The notes beneath the pieces were generated by a model, which had not been told where the DNA came from, made no database searches, and saw only the letters and a program-made list of their open reading frames with translations. A stretch of DNA of 63,057 bases, filler included, from Basidiobolus ranarum (Eukaryota): NCBI GenBank assembly GCA_040143965.1. It is 43 parts of 43 records of this genome, joined end to end, with 100 filler letters (N's around TTAATTAATTAA, not from the genome) between each part and the next. Parts side by side here need not be neighbours in the genome. Positions count along the whole stretch, not along the records: positions 23,576 to 24,946 come from JASJQH010012264.1; positions 25,047 to 26,416 come from JASJQH010012265.1; positions 26,517 to 27,886 come from JASJQH010012266.1; positions 27,987 to 29,355 come from JASJQH010012267.1; positions 29,456 to 30,824 come from JASJQH010012268.1; positions 30,925 to 32,292 come from JASJQH010012269.1; positions 32,393 to 33,760 come from JASJQH010012270.1; positions 33,861 to 35,227 come from JASJQH010012271.1; 35 more parts are not named here. One strand, given 5' to 3'. The position numbers were made by a program, and so were the translations under genes. Positions 23,576 to 36,794 of the stretch are shown piece by piece (position 1 is the stretch's first letter; each line of letters opens with the position of its first letter).

Positions 23576-24946
23576 CTGGATATTGAATAACACATGCCAA
23601 TTTGAGGATCAATATTTTAACATGTATGAATACCATCAAAGTACCATCAAGAAACTGCCATCACACCATCAAAATCCCTAGCAGAATGCAAGCTACCAAT
23701 ATTAAGATGGTTCTCTGACAGTTTTGCTCTTTTGGAGGGTGGACCCAATCCGGATCAAATCATATTTATTTTTGCTAGGGATTAGATCCAAGTTGTTGAC
23801 AGATTTGATTCAACCAGAGATCTTGAATGGTCTCCTGGCTTTTTTTCCATATATACAACCCTCACAAATTTCCATTTTGGTTGGGGGGGTTAATTTGAAT
23901 TCCAGAAATTAGGCAGTTTTTGATCATTTTGCTCAAATAATCAAATCCAATATGGCCAAATCTCTTATGCCATAATTGAATAGTTTCTTGATTGGAATAA
24001 CTTATATTTACACATAAATCTCTTGGATTATATGAAAGTTTGTATAAGTTTTGGTCCTTTTCTCCAAAAGCTAATAATTCCCATTTTGATCAGTGATGGT
24101 GCATCCTAACTTATCAAAACTGAATTTTAGCCCTTCTGAGATGGCCTTGCATACATATATTAAATTCTTGGCAATATCTGGAACATGTAGTACATCCTTA
24201 ATAGTATAAACTTTCTCTTCAGAAGCTCTAGTAAAATTGACTTGAATTGTTCCTATTCCAAGAGCATCCAATATGCAGTCATCTCCCATGAAGACTTTTC
24301 TAATTGGGATTTCTTTATATTCCACAAACCAATGTTTTCATTTGTGAAATGTTGGGAAGCTCCAGAATCAATATACCACATCTGCAAATCCTTTCTGGTA
24401 GTCAAAGATGAAGCAGTTATGAGCAAGTGTCTTCTGCTGTAACCATATTTCCAAATTCAGTATGTTTTTCTTCTCTTACAATTCTTTTAAAGCAATCTTT
24501 GCTTAAGTGGCCAGTTCTTTAACAGTAATCATGTAATGTGTTACTTTTCTTCTTAAGGTGCTCTTGACCTTTAGAGGAAGGTTTCCCATAGCCTATTAAA
24601 GCATTTACCTCATTCTTTTGGTTGAGTCCTCCCTAACAAAAATAAAATTGATTTGATCCGGATTGGATCCACTGTCCAAAAGAGCAAAACCATTGGATAA
24701 CCATCATAATATTGGTGGCTTGCATTCTGCTAGGGATTTTGACAAAGTGATGGTGGTTTCTTGATGGTATCTTGACAGTATTCATACATGTTGAAATATT
24801 GATCCTCAAATTTGGCATGCGTTATTCAACATCTGCAATTTTTGCAAAAATCTAATTTTTGAATGGCAAATTACTGGCTTTACTGCTGTAGGAATTAATA
24901 TGCATGCCTTTATTTAGATATTTTAGGCTTTGTATTCCAGCCATAA
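23576..24946. mobile_element. Copia protease/pre-integrase (-, 23781..24630) flanked by two CACTA ends (to 23780; from 24631)
   Basis: WYIDSGASQHFT, LHVPDIAKNL, LWHKRFGHIG; TTTGCTAGGG and CCCTAACAAAAAT termini. Confidence 0.88.
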
Positions 24947-25539
24947 NNNNNNNNNNNNNNNNNNNNNNNNNNNNNNNNNNNNNNNNNNNNTTAATTAATT
25001 AANNNNNNNNNNNNNNNNNNNNNNNNNNNNNNNNNNNNNNNNNNNNGCAATGGAATCTGTCAAGGAATGGTCCATGTGATGGGAAAAGCGGTTCATTTGA
25101 TGAGTATTTGGCAGATTAGTCAGTACATGGGAACAATTTTGCAAGATCAAGATGCACAATTTATTGGCATGTCTGTAGGTGAAGACATTGCTTTTTCACG
25201 AGAAAATGACTGTGTGATACAGCAAGATATGAAGCAAAAGGTGAATGAAGTGCTTACTGTGGTTGAAATGGAAGACTGCGTAGAACAAAGTCCATATAAA
25301 AAAAATTTTGTAAAGTCTGAAAGAAAATCTACAAAAGGTTGAGTTCATAAAGATTTGAAAGATAATTTTGTAAAGTCTGGAATTGGATCTAAATCAAGTC
25401 CTAATTTGAGTTTTAAATTAATATTTTGTTAAATTATTTTTAAAAAGTTTTAGAAAAGTTTTGAACCAAGATATAAATTTGGTTTTAAATTAAGATATGA
25501 CATCAAGTTATAGATCAAACTTTGTTGCAAAGATAAATT

Positions 25540-25790
25540 CAAAAAGGTTTTGAAACAAGAAAATATAATTTAAAAAGGTTTCCAAAAGAGAAAATATAAT
25601 ATAAAAAGGTTTCAAAGAGAGAAAATAGAATTTAAAAAAGTTTATCCAGATGACAAGAGGTTGGGTTTGAAAAGTTTGATAGGATGGTTAGAAAAAAAGT
25701 TTATCCAGAGGACAAGAGTTTGGGTTTATAAATGGTTGGAGAAAAAGTTTATCCAGATGGCAAGAGGTTGGGTTAAGGTAAAGGAAAAAG
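25540..25790 (+). repeat. Degenerate tandem and dispersed repeats
   Basis: About 30-bp AAAAAGGTTT..AGAAAATATAAT units, then three AAAAAGTTTATCCAGA(T/G)G(A/G)CAAGAG(G/T)TTGGGTT copies. Confidence 0.7.
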
Positions 25791-25967
25791 GTTGGTCGAG
25801 AGTTTGGGGTACGGAGAAGTTTAATCTAAGATTCGAAAAGTTGTTTGTCAAAAGTTTGGAAACAAAGTTTAGGTTACGGAAGAGTTTTGGATTAAAAAAA
25901 GTTTCGACGAGAAAGTTTCGGGAAGAGAAAAAAATAATTTTAAGAGGTTAGGGAAGATTAAAATAGG

Positions 25968-26416
25968 GAAAGTTTATCCAACATCTGGCACCTCTCAACA
26001 AGCCAAAACACCAGCAAATAAAACTCATGGCTCTCCTACCTCAACTGGTACTTTTCAAAGTGTTGAATTTAGTCCCAAAGGTAAAGGCAAGCAAAAAGCC
26101 ACACAAACACTGCAAAGCACCCTCAGTAGTGTCACACTACAAGGACGTACAAAAATAGTCAAAGTGCTTGAGGAGTATTTTCAAAAGTATGAAGGGAAAA
26201 ATGCAGTGCAAGTATGCAGAAAGTTGCTTCAGAAGAAGAACATTCAACTTGACATTTAGTCTGGTGTTGACTGTGCAGATATCTAGGAAGAACTTAATAC
26301 AGAGTGGCACAATATTGCAGGGTATCTGCCAGATAGCTGGAAGAATGTTGATTCAGCAACGTTAATACAATGGTGGGCTTTGATGGAGATATTGACACAA
26401 ACTTGTGTTGGGTATG
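25968..26416 (+). mobile_element. CACTA ORF2 C-terminal fragment
   Basis: High identity to 53810-54260. Confidence 0.85.
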
Positions 26417-26516
26417 NNNNNNNNNNNNNNNNNNNNNNNNNNNNNNNNNNNNNNNNNNNNTTAATTAATTAANNNNNNNNNNNNNNNNNNNNNNNNNNNN
26501 NNNNNNNNNNNNNNNN

Positions 26517-27886
26517 ACTTATATGTGATATACGTAATACTCAGGTCTATGCAGATAGAGATATCAAATATTATAAAGACAATAAACTTCAATAATTACA
26601 ATCTCTTTGGTTGCACTTTGGCTGCAAAGGAACACATCTGGTAAATTGATTAATGCTTCATCATTACTTGAGTTATTTTCTGGCATGTTAATCCCTTCCA
26701 AAGTGAGTAGTGGATTGCTAGACTGCTCATTATTTCAGTCCTGTGTTCTTGCTGGTTTTTTTTACTTACTGAAGAGTGGAGAGTTCAATCCAATCTTAGC
26801 AACCAGGTGTTTATTGGTTTTCTTACACTTTTACCATAGTTGATTGGCAACTGTTGCTTGCAACAGACCCGGTACAAGTGGAAAGCACTTGTCAATCATA
26901 TGACTGATAATCCTTTGGTAATTAAACTTCCTATATATCCAAATGGTTGTTTGGCTTTCACTGGTGAGTTGTAAGACCTGAAGTCATCCACTGTGTTCAC
27001 ACAATTGCCAATCACTGAATCAGGTAAAAATCACTAATATTTGGCTTACAAAACATTAATTTCCCATCTTAAAGATTTTATGAAATTGCACCACTATAAA
27101 TCATTGATCTAATACCACAGTACTCACCATAAAGCTGATGGTATTACCGATATACTTGATGGATATCACTACCAGTATCTGAAAAGTCAAGTTTTCTATA
27201 ACTCTTCAGATATGATCATGCATTTGCATTTGCTCTGGATGGTTTCTCACTAAACAAATATACTGTTGGAAAGGCTTGATGGCCAATAATTTTAATTAAC
27301 TTACATCTTTCTCCTTCTGAATGGTAGAAGAGTCATAATATTTTGATACTATTCATCATATCTGGACCTAAATACCAGTGCTTATATATAGCATCTTGGA
27401 TCCTTTGATTGCAGAATTTGAATGGCTATCTAATATGGTTCAGATGGGTGCATATTTTATTAAAGCCAATATCATTGAATGTATCTATTCTATACTAAAC
27501 TCAATTATTTTGTAGATGTTTATTGTCTTTATCATATTGGTAATATCTATCTTTATGCACTTAACTATTTCATATAACACATATAAGTTAGTTAAAATTA
27601 CTTAGTCAAATATCACTTAGCTGAAAATTGGAACATATATAACATATATGTGAATAATGTGAGAATTAGCATTTACATATTGGAAATTTCAAACTCATCC
27701 TAATCGCCCCACAAATAGCTCATTTTACTCCCACAGATGTTCTGAACACAATCCCAGTGTTAGTTTTCTTTATTTCCACCAAATCTATGAATGCTTTATT
27801 TCTGGACAATATATAATTATCTCACAAAGCCATTCACAACTCCACTTTTCTAAAGTTCCTCCAAACAGCCAATGTTTTCCCAATAG
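26517..27886. mobile_element. LTR C (-), CACTA ORF2/transposase deletion derivative, LTR C (+, from 27511)
   Basis: Matches the families defined elsewhere in the window. Confidence 0.8.
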
Positions 27887-27986
27887 NNNNNNNNNNNNNN
27901 NNNNNNNNNNNNNNNNNNNNNNNNNNNNNNTTAATTAATTAANNNNNNNNNNNNNNNNNNNNNNNNNNNNNNNNNNNNNNNNNNNN

Positions 27987-29355
27987 TCAAATAATTCAAA
28001 AACCCATGAGCATATTGAAAAGAGCCCTTTGTTGGAAGTTCAAAATAGTCTGGAGTCTCCTAAACCTATTGTAATACATCCATCACTGATTTTGCTGATA
28101 CATTGTTAATCCAATTTGCATATGGTAATACTGACAATTTCACACAAAGTATCATTTCAGCACAGATACTCTCAATTGGGAACTCCCAGATTTTAGAGCA
28201 AGGGCCTGTAGTCTCTGTAATAAAGTTTGTCATATCATATGACAAAATCTGTGCACTGTTACTATATCCACCTGAGATCTGCCAATGCAAGTTGATTTAA
28301 TGCAATATATTAACAATATTCACAAACAACTCCCATTGCTGCCAATACTTATCAGGAGGAACTCTTTTCAAGATTCCACTTGAATATATATAAACCTAAT
28401 ACTTCCATTTTTTGCACTTGAATAAATACCTAGACAAGTGGATACTGACTGAAGTTCTGGAAAAAGATGCTGGGATCTTGCATTTTCATACATTATCCCA
28501 ATCCACTCAAACTTGGATCCTATCTTAAATGACTTTTTCAGATTGAATTTCCACTACACAGCTGAGTAAGTGGTACTGAAATGTTGTGGATTAGTAAGTG
28601 CATAGTACCCAATGGGAAGCTCTTTGTCAAAGATGAGTGATCAGGGGATTTAGATCATGTTTCTAGTAATGAATGGAAATTGTGGTTTTTTACAAGCTAT
28701 TTCTAAGCAATTTCATTACACCTAGCTCAAGATCTGAGAATTTAATTGTTGTTCAAAAAGAATTTACAATATAAATTAAAATTGGCTTCCAAGCAAAAGC
28801 CTGCTGGCACAAAAGTAAAAAAACCAGCAAGAACAGAAGACTCAATTGGTATGCAGTCTAGTGGTCCACTATCCATGGAAAATAGCTCAAGTTATGGTGA
28901 AGCATTAATTAATTTACCACATGTATTCCTTGCTAGCAATAGTGCAAGTGAAGAGATTGCAATCCATTAATTACATAGTAAATCAATAATTGTACAAATT
29001 TAAACTGAAACACCTGTTGAAATTAGGTAATAGGCAACTCATTATTTAGAAGTTACTTTCCTTGTATTCTGATTATTTAGCACTCAATTCTGTCATTCAA
29101 AACATGTGTTTATTGCTCTCATAGTTTGAAATATCAATTAGATCACTTTTACTAATATTCTCTATTTTCTTGAAATTTCTCCAAATCATCTCAAATTTTA
29201 ACCTATGCTTAACAGTCATGTTTCTATTTCATAGTAAGCAATAAACAGGACATATTCAATTCAATTAAGCTTAAGTTTCTAATTCACAAATCCAAATCTT
29301 GTCCAAAACACTTCAAATCCACTAAATACTTTTATCAGGCTGTCAGCCCCAAGCT
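27987..29355. mobile_element. Internally deleted CACTA (transposase -, ORF2 +) with copia LTR B (29015..29337) and a degenerate PBS
   Basis: TGTTGAAATTAGG...TTTTATCA then GGCTGTCAGCCCC; ORF2 KKPARTED motif. Confidence 0.82.
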
Positions 29356-29455
29356 NNNNNNNNNNNNNNNNNNNNNNNNNNNNNNNNNNNNNNNNNNNNT
29401 TAATTAATTAANNNNNNNNNNNNNNNNNNNNNNNNNNNNNNNNNNNNNNNNNNNN

Positions 29456-30824
29456 TTTGAATTCCTACAGCAGTAAACCCAGTAATTCGCCATTTGAAAA
29501 TTATATTTTTGCAAAAATTGCTGGTTATTGAATAACACATGCCAAATTTGAGGATCAATAATTTAACATGTATGAATACCATGAAGATATCATCAAGAAA
29601 CCACTGTCACACCATCAAAATCCCTGGCAGAATGCAAGCCAGCAATATGGTGATGGTTCTCTGATGGTTTTGCTATTTAGAGGGTGGATCCAATCCGGAT
29701 CAAATCGATTTTATTTTTGTTAGGGCTATCAATTACCAATAGTACTTCTTCCAGTAGGTAGGTCCACAAGGATCCATGTGTTATTCTTGATTAGGAAGTG
29801 AATTTGATCATCAGTGACTTTTCTTCATTCTGTTGCTTCATCAGATTTCACAGCTTGTGTCAAATTTTTTGGTTCAGAAAATGATATATGTGCAGATATA
29901 TTCCACCCATTTTCTGAATTAAATTTGTTGATTTCATGCTCTGATTTGAGACATCCAAAGTCCTTGGTAGAATGATCAGATGTTTCACTTAGAGGATATT
30001 TAGATTTCCACATGGTAGGATTTCTGGGACCTGATTGTCTGAATTTGGTGATTGATTGAATACTTGTTCTCATTGATTGCATACTTCCAATAATTGATTG
30101 AAATCAATGTCAGCCAAATTGAGAGTAGGATATTTCTTAGGTATATGATTGGTCAAAAAATTATTGCCTTGTTTTTGAGCCCAATATACTGATTCTTGAT
30201 TGGCTGGAAAAATATCCTTTTTCTGATTACCATATTTCTTATTAGCAGAGATAATATGCTGATTTCCAGTAGCTGATTCCAAATTATCAGTATCCTCAGA
30301 GTAATTATCAGGTTTTCTGGTATAAATTGGTGCATTTCCAGTGCCACCTGATGTTTCACTACTCATATAGCTGCTTGATCTCAGAATATCATATTATAGT
30401 TTGTTTTCCTTGTTTTAATTCTTGCAGTGAAGTTTGAGACAGGATTATTGCTTGTTGGTTTTCTGCTAGGAATATTCACCACAGGGATTGGTAATGATTT
30501 GAGCTTTGTCTTATATTAATTGGTGGCTGATGTCTGAGATCTTGTCCCAAATATGATATTTTCTAAATTTGAATAATGTCAATAGATAGTTTCAGATTCC
30601 AAATTTGGCCTAATTCTAGTATCTATTTCCAATGTATCATTTTCCAAGTTGGTTTCAGTACTCATTAGCTCAAGATTGGTTTCAGAACTCATTAACTCAG
30701 AATTTGAGTTATTGAGAAATTGATTTTCAGCCAAAATCAAATTCCCTTGATTAGAAGATTTGAGATTTTCTTCAATGAATATAGTATCTCTGGAGTTGAT
30801 GATTTGATTTGTGCCAGCAATTAG
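29456..30824. mobile_element. CACTA end (to 29725) inserted in the copia integrase-RT linker/RT start (-)
   Basis: ATTTTTGTTAGGG terminus; EPKNLTQAVKS..NNTWILVDLPTGR. Confidence 0.88.
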
Positions 30825-30924
30825 NNNNNNNNNNNNNNNNNNNNNNNNNNNNNNNNNNNNNNNNNNNNTTAATTAATTAANNNNNNNNNNNNNNNNNNNN
30901 NNNNNNNNNNNNNNNNNNNNNNNN

Positions 30925-32292
30925 GATAAGGCAGATGGTTTTGTGGATCCTGAGCACCCTGAGGACATGTGTAAGCTACAAAAAGCACTTTACGGACTTA
31001 AACAATCACCCAGGGCCTGGTACACTAAGATAGACACTTACTTGGAATCACTGGATTTCCAAAAGAGTATGGCAAATTTTGGGATCTGCTGTAAGACAGA
31101 TAAGGACAGTGAGGTGATACTGCTTTGTATGTAGATGCCCTGATTACAGCTACTGATAATGAAGAAGCTCTCAGGAATACCAAAAGAGAACTATCAGTCC
31201 AATTTAAGATGACCAAATTAGGTAAATTTTCATATTTCTTAGGTCTGCAGATCCATACAGATACATTGAGCAAATCTATTACTCCAAAACAATCTAAATA
31301 CATCTCAGACATTCTCAGACATTAAAGGATGGAGAATTGCAAGCCAGTAGCAGGTCCCATGGATCCATTTGTGAAACTAGTCAAAAATCCCATCAAAAAT
31401 GATGAAAATTGGCCAAATATGGCTCAAAATATTTCCTTTGAAAGCCCTGAGTTAACTTATCAATCTACAGTAGGTAGTTTGATCTATGCTATGACTGGAA
31501 CCTGGCCAGATATCTCTTTTGCGGTGGGAGTAGTCAGCCAACATGTGCAAAACCCAGGATCTGAGCATTATTCAACAGTTGAGGGGATTTCCAGATATTA
31601 GAAGGGGACAATTGATATGGGATTAAAATACACATATTCTTATGAGAATAAGAATATAATTGGGTGTAGTGATACAGATTGGGGATGTAATACCAAGGAC
31701 GGAAGATCTAACACTGGATATACCTTTCTCTATATTGCAGGAGCCATATCTTAGAATAGCAAGAAACAACCATCCATAGCACTTTCAACAACTGAAGCAG
31801 AGTACATGGCAGCATCACATATAATAAAGGAGGCTATGTGGTTAAGGAAACTGTTCAAAGACTTGGACAATTTTCAGAGTTCACCCACCATAATTTTCAA
31901 GAATAATCAAAGTTGTATTTCTTCAGCTAAATATCCCAGATTTCAAGATAGAAGCAAGCAGATTGACATTTGACATCACTTCATCAGGGAAGCTATTGAG
32001 AATAAGCACATTCAACTACAGCACTATTCAACTGAGGACATGATTGCTGACATCCTTACCAAACCATTACCCAAACCAAAATTTGAAGAAATAAGATTTA
32101 AGTTAGGATTAAGATATATGAATATTTAGTTGAGTGGGAGTGTTGAAGTTTATTGCCTTTATCATATTTGTTATTTCTATCTTTATACACCTAACTATTT
32201 CATATATCACATATAAGTTAGTTAGCATTACTTAGTCAAATATCACTTAACTGAAAATTGGAACATATATTATATACATATGTGAATAATGT
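30925..32292 (+). mobile_element. Copia RT/RNase H, PPT (32128..32140) and 3' LTR C (32141..)
   Basis: [60 protein letters not shown]. Confidence 0.95.
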
Positions 32293-32392
32293 NNNNNNNN
32301 NNNNNNNNNNNNNNNNNNNNNNNNNNNNNNNNNNNNTTAATTAATTAANNNNNNNNNNNNNNNNNNNNNNNNNNNNNNNNNNNNNNNNNNNN

Positions 32393-33760
32393 ATTTCACA
32401 AATGAAACACATTGGTTTGTGGAATATGAAGAAATCCCAGTTAGAAAGGTTTTCATGGGAGATGACTGCACATTGGATGCTATTGGAATGGGAACAATTC
32501 AAGTCAATTTAACTGGAGCTTCTGAAGATCACTGATCAAAATGTGAATAATTTAGCTTTGGGAGAAAAGGATTGGAATTTATATGAACTTACATATAATC
32601 CAAGAGGTTTATGTGTAAATATAAGTCATTACAATTAAGAAACTGTTCAATTATGGCATAAGAGATTTGGCCATATTGGATTTGATTAATTGAACCAAAT
32701 GATCAAAAATCACCTAATTTCTGGAGTTCAAATTAATCCTCAACCAAGATAGAAATTTGTGAGGGTTGTATATATGGAAAGCAAGCCAGGCAACCATTCA
32801 AGGACTCTGGTTTGATCAAATTTGTTCAATAATTGGATCAAATTCACCAGATATGTGCAGACCTATGCAAAGTTTATCCTTGGATGGAAAAAGATATGTA
32901 GTCCCATTTATTGATGGTTACACAAGATACACTTGGGTCTACTTTATGGAAAGAAAAGGAGTTCTCTCTATCTTTAGAGATTTTAAAACACTTGTGGAGA
33001 CTAAAACTTGTACTAAAGTCAAGAAAATCAGTACTGCTAATGGTGGAAAATATACTTCATCACTATTCAAGCACTTTTGCAAAGTTCATGGAATTAAGCA
33101 AGAAACATCTGCCCCCTATTCATCTCAACAAAGTGGAGTTGCTGAATCAGCTAATGGGACTATAATAGAAATGGCAAGATCTATGATAAATGCACAAAAT
33201 ATGTCTCATAACTTTTGGCCAGAATCTATTGCTGCAGCTGTATATCTGAAGAATAGGAGTTTTACTAGAAGTCTGTCTACCTCTACACCATATCAAGATT
33301 GGTTTGTAGTTAAATCTGATATAAAACATTTGAGGATCTTTGGTTGCATTGCTTATGTCAAAATTATGACCAAAAATTGGTCTAAATTTGATCCAGAAAG
33401 TAAGAAATGCCTATTTCTGGGTTATTGTACTCAAACTAAGGCCTACAGACTCTATGATACCCAAATTTCCAAGTTAGTCAAGTCCAGGGATGTTTCATTT
33501 AATGAAAATGAAAAATTTTCACCCAAAATGATCTCAGATGATGACAAAAATCAATTTTCTCCTGATTGAATGATTCACATTGATTTAAACAAAAAGAATG
33601 AAGAAAATAGCATTCCTGTGGACCATTCAACCAAAATTTTGCCTACTGAGGTGCCCAATACATGCCAGAACTTGTAGAACCTTTATCCCAAACCAGGAGA
33701 TCAAATTGGATCAGAAATAGCCCTGATTACTATATCAATGAGTCCCAAAACTGGGTCTAT
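32393..33760 (+). mobile_element. Copia protease remnant and integrase
   Basis: FIDGYTRYTWVYF, SAPYSSQQSGVAE, HLRIFGCIAY, KCLFLGY, SRDVSFNE. Confidence 0.95.
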
Positions 33761-33860
33761 NNNNNNNNNNNNNNNNNNNNNNNNNNNNNNNNNNNNNNNN
33801 NNNNTTAATTAATTAANNNNNNNNNNNNNNNNNNNNNNNNNNNNNNNNNNNNNNNNNNNN

Positions 33861-35227
33861 ATGTTTTCAGTATTACAATAAATAAAGTTCACTTCTTTGT
33901 CTTGAACTTTCTCATGTATAAAATGAAGCCTTATGTTCATATGTTTCATCCTTGAGTGATGCTCAGGATTTTTGGTGATCTGAACACAACTAATATTATC
34001 TTGAAATATTGGGGTAGGATTAACTTGATCATATCCTTGTTCCTTGCAAAGACTCCTTAGCCATATAGTTTCTTGAACAGCTATAGAGCTTGCCATATAT
34101 TCTGCTTCTGTAGTTGCTAATGTGACAGTTTGTTGATTCTTAATAATCCAGCTTATTGGCCCACCTGCTAGCTTAAACAGATATCCAGTTCTGGATTTAC
34201 AGTCTTCTGTATTGTTAGCCCAGTCTGCATCAGCATATCCTTCCAAAATAAGTGACATGTTGTACTGCTTACTAATTGAATTCCATGATGTATTTTTCCT
34301 TTCAGATAGCATATCATTGGTTTCACAGCTATCCAATGTTCCATGGCAGGATTTTCCATATATTTGCTTACTATGCTTATTGTGGTAGCAATATCAGGCC
34401 TAGTACCAGTTGTTGCATATATGCAACTTCCAACTGCACTATGGAAAGGAATATGTTTCATGATTTCAATGTCTTCAGAGGTCTTTGGCTCCATATCCTT
34501 GGTGAGTTTCAGCATATGTAGTGGATTTGAAGTTGTTTTACATTCCAACATATTGAACCTGTTTAAAACATCTCCAATATAATTTTCCTGAGTAATACAA
34601 AGTGTTCCAATAGTGGAATTTTGATGTATTTGCATTCCAAGACAATATGCTAGTGATCTAAGATCTTGCATTTCAAACTCAGCAGATAGCCAGGTCTTAG
34701 TTTGTTTCATCAGATTTGAGCATGTATGACTTTGGTGGCTTTGGTAGTCTTGAAGTATATGCAGTGATCAGCTTTGCTACAATGGAAAAGATGTTTCTTG
34801 AAGATCTGATTGATTTTGGTATTCCATGTGCAAGAAGCCTGTTTCAGACCATATAGACTTCTCTGTAGCTTGCATACTTGATGTTCTTTTCCTTTTGCAA
34901 TATATCCTTCTAGTTCATCCATGTATATATCTTTATCAATTTCTCCAAAAAGAAATGCTGTCTTGACATCTATTTGTTCAATCAGCATTCCTTGGTGGGT
35001 AGCAATGGCTAGGATTGCTCTGATTGAGGTAAACTTAGCAACAGGAGAAAATGTTTCATCATAGTCAATGCCATGTCTCTGATCATACCCTATTACTATT
35101 AATCTTGCTTTGTACTGGTTGATAGATCCATCTGAGTTAAGTTTCAGTTTCAGCACCCATCTATTACCAATAGTTTTTCTCCCAGTAGGTAAGTCCACAA
35201 GGATCCATGTGTTATTCTTGATTAGGG
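33861..35227 (-). mobile_element. Copia RT/RNase H (degenerate)
   Basis: YKARLI, DYDETFSPVAK, QIDVKTAFL, SLYGLKQAS, GYADADWA, ATTEAEY, FQDN. Confidence 0.96.
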
Positions 35228-35327
35228 NNNNNNNNNNNNNNNNNNNNNNNNNNNNNNNNNNNNNNNNNNNNTTAATTAATTAANNNNNNNNNNNNNNNNN
35301 NNNNNNNNNNNNNNNNNNNNNNNNNNN

Positions 35328-36694
35328 AAACTATTAATGTCAACTTTCTACTCAATAAATCAATAAGTGAAAACCACCAATTCCTCTAATTCTCCAAACC
35401 ACTTCCAACAGGCTCCCAAATACTTAAACAGAAAGGAATGCACCTGGTAAATTCATTAAAGCTTCATCATTGCTTGAGTTAGTTTCCGACATGCTGATGC
35501 CTTCCAAAGTGGATAGTGGATTGCTAGACTGCTCATGAATTAAGTTCTCTGTTCTTGCTGGTTTTTTCCCTTTTGTGCCAGCAGGCTTGGGCTTGAAAGC
35601 CAATTTAGATTTAGATTTTAAATGCTTTTTGCATGGCATTGAAACTTTCAGATGGTAAACTTGGTGCAATGAGATTGCTTACAAATAGCTGATAATAAAC
35701 TAAAATTGCAATGCATTACCAGAAATATCCTGTAAATCCCCTGATGACTCATCTGTGACACTGTCTCAGAATCAGCTGATGATATTGATGGGCTATACCT
35801 ATGATACCACCCTTATGTAGGTGGTGCTTTTTTTCCACAATATCCTTCTCATAATACAACACCAACATTTAAAAGCCCTGCTATTATTGTCACACATTCT
35901 TGGCTATGAAAGCCTGAGGCTTCATAGAAAAAATAATCACAAACATTGTCACTATACAAAGCCTGGTTAATATCAACAGTATTAAGTGCACAAAATCAAC
36001 TTTAGCTTTGACCACTGAGTCCACTGACTGTACTTTGCCTCAAAGTTTTGGTAACACTGCCAAAAGTTAAGATACCATGGAGATACCACAGTTTTATGAC
36101 CAAAAAGATGTAGGTAGAAATGCAACTTTAGTCAAACCAGTAAGTCCAGACAACTTTGAGGACATGCTGCTAGATGTTGACCTTGGTTATTCCAGTACTA
36201 ATGGTAGTATGTCTGAAGTTGCAGAAAAAGACAATGGTTTTATTATTGACTCTTTGCTATTGGCAAGCATTAGTCCACTCATAACACTTATAGTAAAGAA
36301 AGTAGCTTTGATTATTGAGGAGTGGAGAGTTTGATCCAATCTTTGCAACCAGGTGTTTATTGGTTTTCTTTCACTTTTACCACAGTTGATTGGCAACTGT
36401 TGCTTTCCACAGACCTGGTACAAGTGGAAAACACTTGTCAATTGTAAGACTTTTAATCCTTCAGTAATTAAACTACCTTCATGTCCAAATGGTTGCTTGG
36501 CTTTCACCAGTGATCTGAAAAACCTGAAGTTATGTACTATTTGCACACAATTGGGAATCACTGCATCAGGTATATATTGTACTTATTTGGCTTACATACC
36601 ATTGATTCCCCATCTTAAAGTTTTGATGAAATCACCCAAATATAGATCATTGATCCAAAACCAAAGTATTCACCGTAAAGCTGATGGTATTACC
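35328..36694. mobile_element. LTR A end (to 35430) in CACTA; divergent starts of ORF2 (-, ATG 35639) and transposase (+, ATG 36077)
   Basis: MPCKKHLKSKSK on minus and MEIPQFYDQ..KLPSCPNGCLAF..CTIC on plus within one contig. Confidence 0.82.
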
Positions 36695-36794
36695 NNNNNN
36701 NNNNNNNNNNNNNNNNNNNNNNNNNNNNNNNNNNNNNNTTAATTAATTAANNNNNNNNNNNNNNNNNNNNNNNNNNNNNNNNNNNNNNNNNNNN

